Positions 1-8,657 of a stretch of DNA of 64,000 nucleotides are shown here, piece by piece. Position numbers and translations under genes: made by a program. The notes under the pieces were generated by a model, which ran no database searches, was not told where the DNA came from, and saw only the letters and a list, made by a program, of their open reading frames with translations. How positions within the stretch are numbered: position 1 is the first letter of the stretch; every line of letters starts with the position of its first letter. Source of the DNA: Candidatus Omnitrophota bacterium (GTDB taxonomy: Bacteria > Omnitrophota > Gorgyraeia > Pluralincolimonadales > Pluralincolimonadaceae); NCBI GenBank assembly GCA_041651455.1, contig JBAZJG010000008.1, forward strand, positions 283 to 64,282, in the 5' to 3' direction.

Positions 1-230
1 AGGTAATCGGCGAACTCGGGCGTCGTGACCATCTGGTAGCCGCCCGCGACCTCGTATACCTTGAAGCTCCTGCCGAGCGTCTCGTATTCCGTCTGCAGTT
101 CGGCAAGCGCGGCCTTGATATCCTTCGCCTCTACCTCTTCGAGGACCTCCTTCATCTGCTCTATGGTTATCGGTTTCTCCGACGTGAAGAGCAGCGCCTC
201 TATTATCCTTTTCGCTTCAGACAGTTCCAT
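1..230 (-). CDS. scpB: Segregation and condensation protein B, N-terminal part (gene continues past the window edge)
   Basis: Reverse-complement translation from the ATG at 230 gives MELSEAKRIIEALLFTSEKPITIEQMKEVLEEVEAKDIKAALAELQTEYETLGRSFKVYEVAGGYQMVTTPEFADY. This is the typical ScpB winged-helix N-terminus (IEALLF..S..P; GGYQ.VT.PEF). It sits immediately downstream of scpA and overlaps the scpA stop by about 14 nt. It is not in the supplied ORF track because it is truncated by the window edge. Confidence 0.55.
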   Translation of the reverse strand, partial: MELSEAKRIIEALLFTSEKPITIEQMKEVLEEVEAKDIKAALAELQTEYETLGRSFKVYEVAGGYQMVTTPEFADY

Positions 231-1011
231 CCGGTGTCCCCTCCGCCGGTTTTTCCGGCGCGCTTTCTACCGCGGCCTTGAGCTTCGGGCCGATATTGTT
301 CGGGTTGCGCACTACCTCGATCTCGCCGAAGATATTATGCTGCCTGACCATGACTTCCTTCAACCTTATCATCTCGAGAAGCGCGAGGAACGTCGCTATC
401 AGCTCCACCTTGCTCCTCGACTTCTTGAATATGTCCTTGAAATTTATTACCGGCTGTTCGACAAGCATATGGAACAGCTCGTGGACCTTCTCCTCGACGG
501 TGAACTCGTCCTTTACCACCTCGAGGAACGCCTCGCGCGACACGCTCTTGAGTATCGTCGAGAACGCGTTTATGAGGTCGAATATGGAAGCTTCGAAATA
601 CGGCCCCTCGGTCTGGTCGATGTACTGCGTCTCGTCGACCGAGCGCGGGAAGACCATCGACCGCCTGCGTTCGAGCTCGGAGAGTTCCCCGGCCGCTTCC
701 TTGAACTTCTTGTATTCGATGAGCCTGCGCACGAGCTCCGCGCGCGGGTCCTCTTCCTCTATCTCTTCCGGCGGCTGTTCGTCCGGCGGCAGCAGCATGC
801 GCGACTTTATATGCATCAGCGTCGCGGCCATCACGATGAACTCGCCGGCGATGTGCAGGTCGAGCAGTTCCATGTATTCGAGGTAATGCAGGTACTGCTC
901 CGTTATCTTCGCTATCGGGATATTGAAGATATCCGCTTCTTCCTTCTTGATAAGGTACAGAAGAAGGTCCAGCGGGCCTTCGAACACGTCAAGCTTTACC
1001 TTGTACGTCAT
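217..1011 (-). CDS. scpA: Segregation and condensation protein A (kleisin)
   Basis: The ORF 217..1050 carries the ScpA hallmark FEGPLDLLLYLIKKEE plus acidic, coiled regions. The likely real start is MTYKVKLDVFEGP at 1011, which makes an ATGA-type overlap with the trpS stop at 1008. Confidence 0.85.
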   Translation of the reverse strand: MTYKVKLDVFEGPLDLLLYLIKKEEADIFNIPIAKITEQYLHYLEYMELLDLHIAGEFIVMAATLMHIKSRMLLPPDEQPPEEIEEEDPRAELVRRLIEYKKFKEAAGELSELERRRSMVFPRSVDETQYIDQTEGPYFEASIFDLINAFSTILKSVSREAFLEVVKDEFTVEEKVHELFHMLVEQPVINFKDIFKKSRSKVELIATFLALLEMIRLKEVMVRQHNIFGEIEVVRNPNNIGPKLKAAVESAPEKPAEGTPDGTV

Positions 1012-1988
1012 ATACCGACTGCTTTCCTTGCCTCTCCCATCGTCTCGCATGCGACCGCGCGCGCCTTCTCGGCGCCCCTCTTCAGGACCGCTTCGAGGCC
1101 TGCCTTATCGCTTAATATCTTCTTCCTTCTCTCCTGTATCGGCCTCAGCAACTCGACTATGCAATCGGCCAGTTTCGCCTTGTCTTCGACGCAGCCTATC
1201 TTCGCCGACTTGCACTCCTCCGGGATATTTACGGCCAATTCAGGGAAGAAGAACCTGTAATACGAATATACGTTGCAGATGTCCGGATGCCCGGGATCGT
1301 CCTTCTTGATCCTCTGCGGGTCCGTTATCATCGCCTTTATCTTCTTCTTTACTTCCTCGGGAGAGTCCGAAAGGTTGACCGCGTTGCCGTAGCTCTTGGA
1401 CATCTTCCTGTTATCCACCCCGAGAAGCCGCGGGGTCTGCGTCAAAAGGCCCTCCGGCTCCGGGAATACCTGCTTCTTGTAAAAATGGAAGAACCTGCGG
1501 GCTATCTCGCGCGTAAGCTCGAGGTGCGGCAGCTGGTCTTCGCCGACCGGGACCGCGTTCGCCTTATATATCAGTATGTCCGCGGCCTGCAGGACCGGGT
1601 AACCGAGGAAACCGTATGTCGCGAGGTCCCTGCCCTCGACCTCCCTGAGCTGCTCCTTGTACGTCGGGCAGCGCTCGAGCCACGAGAGCGGCGTTATCGC
1701 AGAGAGTATCATGTTCAGTTCGAGGTGTTCCGGCACGTCGGACTGCACGAAGATGACCGACCTTTCGGGGTCGATGCCGCACGCGAGGAAATCCGCGGTG
1801 TTGTCGATGATGTTCTCTTTCATCGCCGACGGGTCCGCGTATTCGCTCATCAGCGCGTGGTAATCGGCGACCATGTAGAAGCAGTCGTACTTATCCTGCA
1901 TCTCCACCCAGTTCTTCAGCGCGCCGGCAAGATGGCCCAGGTGCAATCTGCCCGTGGGGCGCATCCCGCTTAATACCCTCTTCTTCAT
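1008..1988 (-). CDS. trpS: Tryptophan--tRNA ligase
   Basis: 326 aa. Class I aaRS motifs are present: the HIGH-like GHLAGAL within PTGRLHLGHL, and KMSKS. The sequence SGMRPTGRLHLGHL is typical of TrpRS. Confidence 0.9.
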   Translation of the reverse strand: MKKRVLSGMRPTGRLHLGHLAGALKNWVEMQDKYDCFYMVADYHALMSEYADPSAMKENIIDNTADFLACGIDPERSVIFVQSDVPEHLELNMILSAITPLSWLERCPTYKEQLREVEGRDLATYGFLGYPVLQAADILIYKANAVPVGEDQLPHLELTREIARRFFHFYKKQVFPEPEGLLTQTPRLLGVDNRKMSKSYGNAVNLSDSPEEVKKKIKAMITDPQRIKKDDPGHPDICNVYSYYRFFFPELAVNIPEECKSAKIGCVEDKAKLADCIVELLRPIQERRKKILSDKAGLEAVLKRGAEKARAVACETMGEARKAVGI

Positions 1989-1991
1989 ATT

Positions 1992-4157
1992 TTAGAGCTT
2001 CCTTGCGGTCTTCCTGAGTTCGAATACTTCTATAACGTCGCCGGGTTTCAGGTCGTCGAAATTGCTGAGCGCGATACCGCACTCGAAGCCCTCCGCGACC
2101 TCCTTGACGTCGTCCTTGAAACGCTTGACCGAGCCGATCTTGCCTTCATAAACCTTGTCCTTGTCCCTCCAGAGGCGGCAACCGGCGTTCCTGGTTATCT
2201 TGCCCTTGGCGACAAAGCATCCCGCGATAGTCCCCGCCTTCGTGACCTTGAAGACCTGCCTGACATCGGCGCGGCCCATGAAGACCTCGGTTATAGTCGG
2301 GTCGAGCATACCTTCCATGGCGTTCTTTACGTCGTTTATCGCCTCGTATATGATCCTGTAAAGCCTGACATCAACCTTCTCGAGCCTGGCCTTCTGCTCG
2401 CCCTCAGGCGTATAATCCACATGGAAACCGATGATGATCGCGTTCGAAGCGGCGGCAAGCATGACGTCCGATTCGTTTATGCTCCCGGCGCCCGAATGTA
2501 TAACATCGAGCTTCACGTCGCTCGTGCCGAGGCCTTTCAGCGACTGTTCGATCGCTTCGACCGAACCCTGCACGTCGGCCTTTACTATTACCCTCAGTTC
2601 CTTGGCCTTGCCTTCCTTGACCTGCTGTGAAAGCTCTTCGAGCGTTATCCTCTTGACCGGCTGCATCTGCGCCGCCTTGGCTTCCTGCTGGCGCTTCTCG
2701 ACGAGCTCCCTGGCCGTCTTCTCGTCCGGGACGGTGAAGAATATGTCTCCCGCCTCGGGCAGTCCCGCGAGGCCGAGTATCTCGACCGGCTTCGACGGGG
2801 GCGCCTCATTGAGCCTGTGGCCGAGGTCATTTATCATCGCCCTGACCTTGCCGTAATGCAGGCCCGCCACGACTATATCGCCGGGCCTCAGCGTGCCCTT
2901 CTGTACGAGGACGGTAGCTATCGGGCCGCCGCCTTTGGATATCTTGCCTTCTATCACGACGCCCTTCGAATGCCCGGTCGGGTCGGCCTTCAACTCGAGC
3001 ATCTCCGCCTCGAGCAACAGCATCTCGAGAAGTTCATCGATGCCCTTGCCCGTCTTCGCCGAGACGCCGATCATGACGGTCTTTCCGCCCCAGTCCTCGG
3101 ACATGAGCCCTACTTCGTTCAGCTGCTTCTTGACCCTGTCCGGGTTCGCTTCGGGCTTATCTATCTTGTTCATCGCGACGACTATCGGTACCCCTGCCGC
3201 GCGCGCGTGGTCGATCGCCTCTTTCGTCTGGGGCATTACGCCGTCATCTGCGGCGACTACGAGTATTACGATATCCGTCGCCTGCGCGCCGCGCGCCCTC
3301 ATGGCGGTAAACGCTTCGTGGCCGGGGGTATCGAGGAATGTCACGTTCCCCTTGCCTACTTTGACCACATACGCGCCGATATGCTGCGTGATGCCGCCGG
3401 ATTCCTTGTCGGTAAGGCTCGACTTCCTGATAGCGTCGAGCAGCGAGGTCTTGCCGTGGTCCACATGGCCCATCAACGTTACGACCGGGCCGCGCGCGAC
3501 GAGCTTCGTCTTGTCCTCGACCTCGAAGGCCTTCAATATCTCCTGTTCCTGCGTGAGCGGCTTCTCGAACTCAAAACCGAAATCCACGGCGATAAGGTTC
3601 GCGACGTCGATATCCACCGCCTGGTTTATCGTCGCCATGACCTTCTGCCTCATCAACCTTACGATCAGGTCGTTAGGCCTCGCGTTTATCTTCACGGCGA
3701 GGTCCTTCAATGTCATCGGGAATTTAGCTATGAGTTTTACGGGTTCTTTTTTGGCTGCCGGCGCCGGGGGCGCAACAGGCACGGTTGGCTCCGCCGCGGG
3801 CATGGCTGGCTTCGCCGGCTCAGGCTTTACCGCGGGTTTGGCTTCGACCTTCGGAGCCGCCACGACCGGTTTTTGCTCGACTTTAGGGACGACAGGTGCG
3901 GGCTTCGGAATGACCGGCGCCGGAACCGGTTTGGCTTCAACCTTCGGCTCTACCTTGATCTCAACCTTCGCCTTGATTTCTTTTTTCTTAGGCGCGGCCT
4001 TTACCTTGGCTTCGGCCTTTGGCTTGGCTATTTTCTTTTCCTTGACGGCTTTGACTACGGCTTTTACGGCCTTGACGACTTTCGCCGCGGCCTTAGGTTC
4101 GGCTTTCTTGGTCTTCTTCACTTCCGCTTTCTTCGTCTCGTCTTTGGTTTTTTTCAT
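1992..4157 (-). CDS. infB: Translation initiation factor IF-2
   Basis: 721 aa. It has a K/A/P/V-rich low-complexity N-terminus, a GTPase G-domain (GHVDHGKTSLLD, DTPGHEAF, NKIDK) and the C-terminal IF2 beta-barrels. It directly follows nusA. Confidence 0.95.
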   Translation of the reverse strand: MKKTKDETKKAEVKKTKKAEPKAAAKVVKAVKAVVKAVKEKKIAKPKAEAKVKAAPKKKEIKAKVEIKVEPKVEAKPVPAPVIPKPAPVVPKVEQKPVVAAPKVEAKPAVKPEPAKPAMPAAEPTVPVAPPAPAAKKEPVKLIAKFPMTLKDLAVKINARPNDLIVRLMRQKVMATINQAVDIDVANLIAVDFGFEFEKPLTQEQEILKAFEVEDKTKLVARGPVVTLMGHVDHGKTSLLDAIRKSSLTDKESGGITQHIGAYVVKVGKGNVTFLDTPGHEAFTAMRARGAQATDIVILVVAADDGVMPQTKEAIDHARAAGVPIVVAMNKIDKPEANPDRVKKQLNEVGLMSEDWGGKTVMIGVSAKTGKGIDELLEMLLLEAEMLELKADPTGHSKGVVIEGKISKGGGPIATVLVQKGTLRPGDIVVAGLHYGKVRAMINDLGHRLNEAPPSKPVEILGLAGLPEAGDIFFTVPDEKTARELVEKRQQEAKAAQMQPVKRITLEELSQQVKEGKAKELRVIVKADVQGSVEAIEQSLKGLGTSDVKLDVIHSGAGSINESDVMLAAASNAIIIGFHVDYTPEGEQKARLEKVDVRLYRIIYEAINDVKNAMEGMLDPTITEVFMGRADVRQVFKVTKAGTIAGCFVAKGKITRNAGCRLWRDKDKVYEGKIGSVKRFKDDVKEVAEGFECGIALSNFDDLKPGDVIEVFELRKTARKL

Positions 4158-5342
4158 TTATTTTTTTGCCAGCTCTTTCGCGCTCTTGAGTATCTTTTCC
4201 GCGGTCTTCTCGCCGATACCCTTTATTTTAGTGAGTTCCTCGACCGATGACTCCGCTATCTTCGCGATAGTGACCAACCCTGCGCCTTCAAGAAGCGCCT
4301 TCGTCTTCGCACCGACACCGTCGACCGATGATATATCACCGGCCTCTTCCTTCGCGGCCGGCTCCGGCATCACCGCTTCAGCCGCGGCCTTTGCCGCGCC
4401 TTCGACGGCCGGCGTCTTCGGCTTGATATCTATCTCCCATCCGGTAAGCTTCGACGCGAGCCGCACGTTCTGGCCTTTCTTGCCGATGGCCAGGCTCAGC
4501 TGGTCGTCGTCGACCGTGACCTGCGCGGTCTTCGACTCCTTATCGAGCTTTATCGTAGATATCTTCGCGGGATTGAGCGCCGCGAGGACATATTCCTTCG
4601 TGTCGTCGCTCCAGCGGACGATATCTATCTTCTCGCCCTGAAGCTCTTTCACGATATTCTTCACGCGGGAGCCCCTCATTCCCACACAGGCGCCCACGCA
4701 GTCGATCTTCTCGTCCTTGGAGAATACCGATATCTTCGTCCTGTCGCCGGCTTCCCTCGATATGGACTTTATCTCGACGATGCCCTCGTATATCTCGGGT
4801 ATCTCGAGCTCGAATAGCTTCTTGACGAGGCCCGGGTTCGCGCGCGACAGCACTATCTGCGGGCCCTTGCCGGTCTTCTTTACCTCGAGCACATACGCCT
4901 TTATGCGGTCGCCCTGCCTGAAATTCTCTTTCGGCGACTGCTCGCTCTTCGGTATAAAACCCTCGGTCTTGCCGAGGTCGACGATTATATTACCCTTCTC
5001 GAACCGGTAGACCGTGCCGTTGACTACGTTGCCTACGCGGCTGTTGTAGTCGGTGAATATGACGTCGCGCTCCGCTTCGCGGATCTTCTGGATTATGATC
5101 TGCTTGGCGGTCTGCGCGGCAATGCGGCCGAAATCCTCGGACTTTATCTCCTTCGCGCCAGAGAATACCTTGACCTCGCCGTTCTTCCTGTCTATCTTGA
5201 CCGTGACGTCGTCGGACAGCGTGCCGAGCGCCTTCTTCGCGGCGCTGACAAGCGCGCTCTCGACGGCCGTCATCAGGATCTCGCGGTCTATCCCCTTGTC
5301 TCTCTCGAGGTGATCCAGTACTGTTAACAGTTCTCCGTTCAT
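4158..5342 (-). CDS. nusA: Transcription termination/antitermination factor NusA
   Basis: 394 aa. It has the NusA N-terminal domain (LTVLDHLERDKGIDREIL), S1 and KH domains, and a C-terminal HhH-like tail. It lies in the conserved rimP-nusA-infB order. Confidence 0.95.
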   Translation of the reverse strand: MNGELLTVLDHLERDKGIDREILMTAVESALVSAAKKALGTLSDDVTVKIDRKNGEVKVFSGAKEIKSEDFGRIAAQTAKQIIIQKIREAERDVIFTDYNSRVGNVVNGTVYRFEKGNIIVDLGKTEGFIPKSEQSPKENFRQGDRIKAYVLEVKKTGKGPQIVLSRANPGLVKKLFELEIPEIYEGIVEIKSISREAGDRTKISVFSKDEKIDCVGACVGMRGSRVKNIVKELQGEKIDIVRWSDDTKEYVLAALNPAKISTIKLDKESKTAQVTVDDDQLSLAIGKKGQNVRLASKLTGWEIDIKPKTPAVEGAAKAAAEAVMPEPAAKEEAGDISSVDGVGAKTKALLEGAGLVTIAKIAESSVEELTKIKGIGEKTAEKILKSAKELAKK

Positions 5343-5354
5343 AGTTGTTCCCTT

Positions 5355-5819
5355 CTAAAATTCAAGATGCAGCTTCGCTTTCATGATCACTTCGCGCGGC
5401 ACGGACACTTCCCTGCCGTCGGGCAATTCCAGTTTTATGCTGTCTTCGCCGACCCATTTCAGCGCCGCCGAATACTCCCATTTCCCGTCCACGGGCGCGT
5501 TCAAAACCACGTCGAGCTCCTTGCCTATGACCCTCTCGAAATCGCTGGTCCTGGCAAGTTTCCTGTCGAGGCCCGGCGACTGCACCTCAAGCATGTAATG
5601 GCTCTCGATCACGTTCGCCTCTTCCAGCAGGCCTTCTATCCTGCGGCTCAGCGCGCCGCATTCGCCGATGCTTATCCCGCCCCTTTTATCGACGGTAAAG
5701 CGCATGACCATGCCGCCGCTCTCGTGCCTGTATGTCAGGTCGACAAGCTCGACGCCTGCCTCGGAAAGCGCCTGCGACGTAAGTTCCCTTACTTTTTCCA
5801 ATATAACGTTATCTTCCAT
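5355..5819 (-). CDS. rimP: Ribosome maturation factor RimP
   Basis: 154 aa with RimP/YhbC-family sequence (VELVDLTYRHESGGMVMRFTVDK...). It is the first gene of the rimP-nusA-infB operon. Confidence 0.9.
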   Translation of the reverse strand: MEDNVILEKVRELTSQALSEAGVELVDLTYRHESGGMVMRFTVDKRGGISIGECGALSRRIEGLLEEANVIESHYMLEVQSPGLDRKLARTSDFERVIGKELDVVLNAPVDGKWEYSAALKWVGEDSIKLELPDGREVSVPREVIMKAKLHLEF

Positions 5820-5856
5820 GCCTTTTTCGGGTTTTTCGGAAAAAAGACAACAAAAA

Positions 5857-5885
5857 AAGGAGGTAGAACTTACCCACTCCTCCTT
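5857..5885 (-). terminator. Intrinsic-terminator-like hairpin in the rimP operon leader, also just downstream of the stop of the upstream 675-aa gene. The stem is AAGGAGG/CCTCCTT, followed on the minus strand by a U-run (plus-strand A-run 5841-5858).
   Basis: The minus strand reads AAGGAGG-agtgggtaagttcta-CCTCCTT then TTTTTTGTTGTCTTTTTT: a 7-bp GC-rich stem, 15-nt loop and U-tract. It lies between the predicted promoter at 5913-5941 and the rimP ATG at 5819. Confidence 0.5.
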
Positions 5886-5912
5886 GTGTAGTGGACTTAA
5901 ATTGTACTTATA

Positions 5913-5941
5913 TTTATACTACGGACAGGCGCCGCTGTCAA
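5913..5941 (-). promoter_or_regulatory. Sigma70-like promoter for rimP-nusA-infB (-35 TTGACA 5941..5936, 17-nt spacer, -10 TATAAA 5918..5913)
   Basis: The minus strand reads aacccTTGACAgcggcgcctgtccgtagTATAAAtataag. Both hexamers are near-consensus with an optimal 17-bp spacer. It lies in the 127-bp gap upstream of rimP. Confidence 0.5.
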
Positions 5942-5946
5942 GGGTT

Positions 5947-7974
5947 TTATTCGACGATTTTTGAGTAAGATTCCGTCTCAATGGCCTTGTCCGTGAATAC
6001 GGTCCTGGAACCGGCGGCTTTCAGCGATTGCAGGCCGTCAATGACCGGATATACCGCCTTGTCAAGCCATAGCTGGACGAGCGCGGCGTCGAAATCCTTC
6101 TCCGGGCCGCCGCCCTGCCGGCCCCTCATCTGGAACTGGTCGAGCTGTTCCCTGTTCATCTCCAGCATCGACTCCTTCTCCTTGGCTTGCGCCACGAGCT
6201 CGGCCGCAGCTTCCGGCGTGTTGGCCGGGTCATTTATCTTCGCGTTAATGTCGGCCAGCTCTTTCTCGAGCGACTGTATCTCGGTATTCAGCTTATCCGT
6301 CTGCGCGGCCATCATCTCCTTGACCTTTTTCTGCTGTTCGGACATGAACGTGAGCCACCTTACGGCCCAATCGCAGATCCCCTTGCCCTTCTGCAGGATC
6401 GTGTCCACTTTAAGATAGACGACCTTGTTCGCCGGGTCCATAAGGCCGTTGTTGACCGACTTGAAATCCTCATTCTCAAAGAGCGATTTCGCGGCGCCGG
6501 AATACGAGTCCACCGAGCCCTTAATCGGCTCGCGCCCTAGCGAGAACAGGAAATAATCCCCGACGTAGCAGAACGCCGGCTGGAACGCCATGCCGAACGG
6601 CAGGTTCATGTATTTGATATCGACGCCCTTATAGGATTCGGACTGCATGCTCCCGCCCTGCGTGAACTGCGCGAGCATCTTGTCTATAGCTTCTTTCTTG
6701 TCGACCTTCAGGAAGACGACGAACTGCGGCATCGGTATCATCCCGTCAAGGTTTATGTCGGTCAGGCACATGCCCGTCTCGTCTCCGAGCGCCGGGATGA
6801 TGTCGTTCTCTATGCTTATGCCCATCTGTTTCTCGAATCCGGCTATCATGTCGTTGAAGGTCGGGCCCTGGTTCACCTTGGCCGCTTCATTGCCCATCTC
6901 TTCCTTTATGTATTTCCAGTACGCCTTCCATTCAAAGGTATCCCAGCTGTACCATATCGTATTTGCCGGGGCCAGTTTCATCGCCGTGTTCTTGCGCGGC
7001 TTGACCGAATAGAAATCCCTGAAGAACGGTATCAGCTTCGCCTTGTCGAGGGTTAACTGCATCCTCTCCTTGGTTATCTTGCCGGGATATTTCGCGTAGC
7101 TGAACGACTTGAACCCGCCGTAGACGCCGAGCGTCTTGTCGAGCTGGTCCCGGAAGATACGGCCCGGGTCCGGCTGGGCACCGCTTGCTTCCTTGGGCGC
7201 CGGTACGGCGTCCGCGATGTGCTTGATGCCTGCCATCATGAGCCCGATATCGCCGAAGGCGACCGTCTCCGCACCTTTAGGGAACTTCGCCATCGCGTCG
7301 GTATAGTCCTTGTCCTGCGCGAGCGAGAGGAACTTCTTGTCGGCCACGTCGCAGCAGGAGGTAGCCGCCTTCTTGCCCAGGCCTATGACGAGAATATCCT
7401 TTATCTGGACGTAGGCGATGCTGACCTTATCGTCGAGCTTGACGACGGTCAACTTCTTGCCCTTGTAATTCTCCTCCGCGACCTCGTATTTCCTGCCGGC
7501 CTTGTTGAATACCTTCGCGAGGAAATCTATGAATTTCGTCTCGGGCTTCACCCTCGTGGCCAGCGTGACATTCGAAGCCATTTCAATGACACCTGAGGGT
7601 GTCATCTCAACTTTGCCCGACGGGTAAACCGCTACCGCGATCTCCTTGCCGAAATATTTCTCGAGGACGAGCCCGCCTATGAAGCTTGAAAGCTCCGTCC
7701 GGGCGGCCCTGAAGTTCTCGACATCTTCCTTCTTCGCGCCGCTCTTCTCCATGAGCATCTCAATGTCTATCTTCTCGAGGTTCTTATAGAGACGCGAGGC
7801 CTTGAACTCCTTGACCTGCCTGTCCACCTCGGAGAACTTCATGAAAAAGACGGCATCCGCCGGAAGTACGGACTCGACGGGAGTCGGCTTGGACGCAAGC
7901 GTGAAAAGGACGGCCGCGGCAACCGCGACGGCCGCAACGGATATGGCTGTAATTATAATAGCGGATTTCTTCAT
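5947..7974 (-). CDS. Large N-terminally membrane-anchored extracytoplasmic protein with a C-terminal coiled coil (family not confidently recognised; native-GC copy of a paralog pair)
   Basis: 675 aa. It has an N-terminal TM segment (MKKSAIIITAISVAAVAVAAAVLF), a long globular region, and a C-terminal heptad-rich segment (LEKELADINAKIN...). About 58% GC. It is clearly paralogous to 10116..12125 (shared blocks SRLYKN, KEIAVAVYPSG, IPALGDE, LPFGMAFQPAFCYVGD, VRWLTF). Confidence 0.8.
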   Translation of the reverse strand: MKKSAIIITAISVAAVAVAAAVLFTLASKPTPVESVLPADAVFFMKFSEVDRQVKEFKASRLYKNLEKIDIEMLMEKSGAKKEDVENFRAARTELSSFIGGLVLEKYFGKEIAVAVYPSGKVEMTPSGVIEMASNVTLATRVKPETKFIDFLAKVFNKAGRKYEVAEENYKGKKLTVVKLDDKVSIAYVQIKDILVIGLGKKAATSCCDVADKKFLSLAQDKDYTDAMAKFPKGAETVAFGDIGLMMAGIKHIADAVPAPKEASGAQPDPGRIFRDQLDKTLGVYGGFKSFSYAKYPGKITKERMQLTLDKAKLIPFFRDFYSVKPRKNTAMKLAPANTIWYSWDTFEWKAYWKYIKEEMGNEAAKVNQGPTFNDMIAGFEKQMGISIENDIIPALGDETGMCLTDINLDGMIPMPQFVVFLKVDKKEAIDKMLAQFTQGGSMQSESYKGVDIKYMNLPFGMAFQPAFCYVGDYFLFSLGREPIKGSVDSYSGAAKSLFENEDFKSVNNGLMDPANKVVYLKVDTILQKGKGICDWAVRWLTFMSEQQKKVKEMMAAQTDKLNTEIQSLEKELADINAKINDPANTPEAAAELVAQAKEKESMLEMNREQLDQFQMRGRQGGGPEKDFDAALVQLWLDKAVYPVIDGLQSLKAAGSRTVFTDKAIETESYSKIVE

Positions 7975-8028
7975 GGGACTCTCCTTGGGTTAATTAAGAG
8001 GCATTATACCACAACTTTAGGGGAGTTT

Positions 8029-8292
8029 CTACGCCCATTCTGAGGCATATCTGTCAACAAGGTCTCTAATCATCCTCTGGTATTTCGTGTGATGCCTGTT
8101 TGCCTCACGCTTGAAAAATTCTATGCTAGATTTTTTCAGCGCGATTGTTATCTTCTGCGTCTCTTCCGACTTAGCAAGCTCAACCGGTGGCGGAAGAAGA
8201 TCCTTTATTCTCTTTAATCCGCCCACGGGCATGTCCGAAACATCAGTCCTCTTTTTCATAGTACGCTTTGCCCTTTCTCCAATAACCGGCAC
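8029..8292 (-). CDS. brnA: BrnA antitoxin (ribbon-helix-helix, type II toxin-antitoxin)
   Basis: 87-aa ORF. Its C-terminal half, QKITIALKKSSIEFFKREANRHHTKYQRMIRDLVDRYASEW, matches the BrnA pattern (ITIRLD..vl.wFK..A...G.gYQT.IN.iLR.y). It overlaps the upstream brnT 3' end by about 50 nt, so the true start may be the internal Met (MKKRTD or MPVGG). Confidence 0.75.
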   Translation of the reverse strand: MPVIGERAKRTMKKRTDVSDMPVGGLKRIKDLLPPPVELAKSEETQKITIALKKSSIEFFKREANRHHTKYQRMIRDLVDRYASEWA

Positions 8293-8527
8293 CGATTATC
8301 CTTATCATCCCCTGCCGGTATGTAAACCTTACTGTCATTACTTTATTCCCGGCCTTTCCGATACAGAAAAACCTTTCCTCATGCTCCGAATGGCCGGAAT
8401 CAACGTATATCTTTCTTTTTGTATCAAGGAAAGCTCGCGAGGCAATCTTAAAATCTACCCCGTGCTTCCTTATATTTTCCCTTTCTTTCGATTCGTCCCA
8501 GGTGAACATACCTGTGATTTTATCCAT
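8243..8527 (-). CDS. brnT: BrnT toxin (DUF497 ribonuclease, type II toxin-antitoxin)
   Basis: 94 aa: FTWDESKERENIRKHGVDFKIASRAFLD...DSGHSEHEERFFCIGKAGNKVMTVRFTYRQGMIRIIGAGYWRKGKAYYEK. This is the canonical BrnT/DUF497 signature (F.WD..K...N..KHGV.F.EA..vF.D......D..HS..EeR....G.......vvyt.R.....RIISAR.A...E...Y). The toxin-first gene order matches BrnTA. Confidence 0.8.
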   Translation of the reverse strand: MDKITGMFTWDESKERENIRKHGVDFKIASRAFLDTKRKIYVDSGHSEHEERFFCIGKAGNKVMTVRFTYRQGMIRIIGAGYWRKGKAYYEKED

Positions 8528-8531
8528 GTTT

Positions 8532-8560
8532 AGTATATCCTTTGGTCCTCATATTGTCAA
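8532..8560 (-). promoter_or_regulatory. Sigma70-like promoter directly upstream of brnT (-35 TTGACA 8560..8555, 17-nt spacer, -10 TATACT 8537..8532)
   Basis: The minus strand reads TTGACAatatgaggaccaaaggaTATACTaaacATG. The -10 ends 4 nt before the brnT ATG, which would give a leaderless or near-leaderless mRNA. The AAGGA inside the spacer could alternatively be the SD for a promoter lying further upstream in the AT-rich stretch 8560-8600. Confidence 0.4.
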
Positions 8561-8600
8561 TATTTATATACATACTATTATACATTATATTGGGCATAAT

Positions 8601-8642
8601 AAATCCCTCCTTTACCTATATAGACGGCATGAGGAGGGATTT
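8601..8642. repeat. Perfect 10-bp inverted repeat AAATCCCTCC (22-nt spacer) GGAGGGATTT between the stop of the 297-aa gene and the brnTA promoter
   Basis: Read directly: aaatccctcc tttacctatatagacggcatga ggagggattt, then tctttc. It could be a terminator hairpin for the upstream operon, or an operator for BrnA (RHH antitoxins bind palindromes). Confidence 0.6.
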
Positions 8643-8657
8643 TCTTTCAAATATTGC

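Noticed and set aside
61-1260. 399-aa plus-strand ORF
   Set aside because: It is antisense to scpA and trpS, which have strong family matches. The translation is Arg/Leu/Ser-rich and low-complexity, as expected from an antisense read of GC-rich coding DNA.
2817-4641. 477-aa and 582-aa plus-strand ORFs
   Set aside because: They are antisense to infB and nusA. Their R/L/G-rich or S/T/A-rich composition marks them as shadow ORFs.
8111-8533. 140-aa plus-strand ORF across the brnTA locus
   Set aside because: It is antisense to the well-conserved BrnT/BrnA coding sequences and has no motif.
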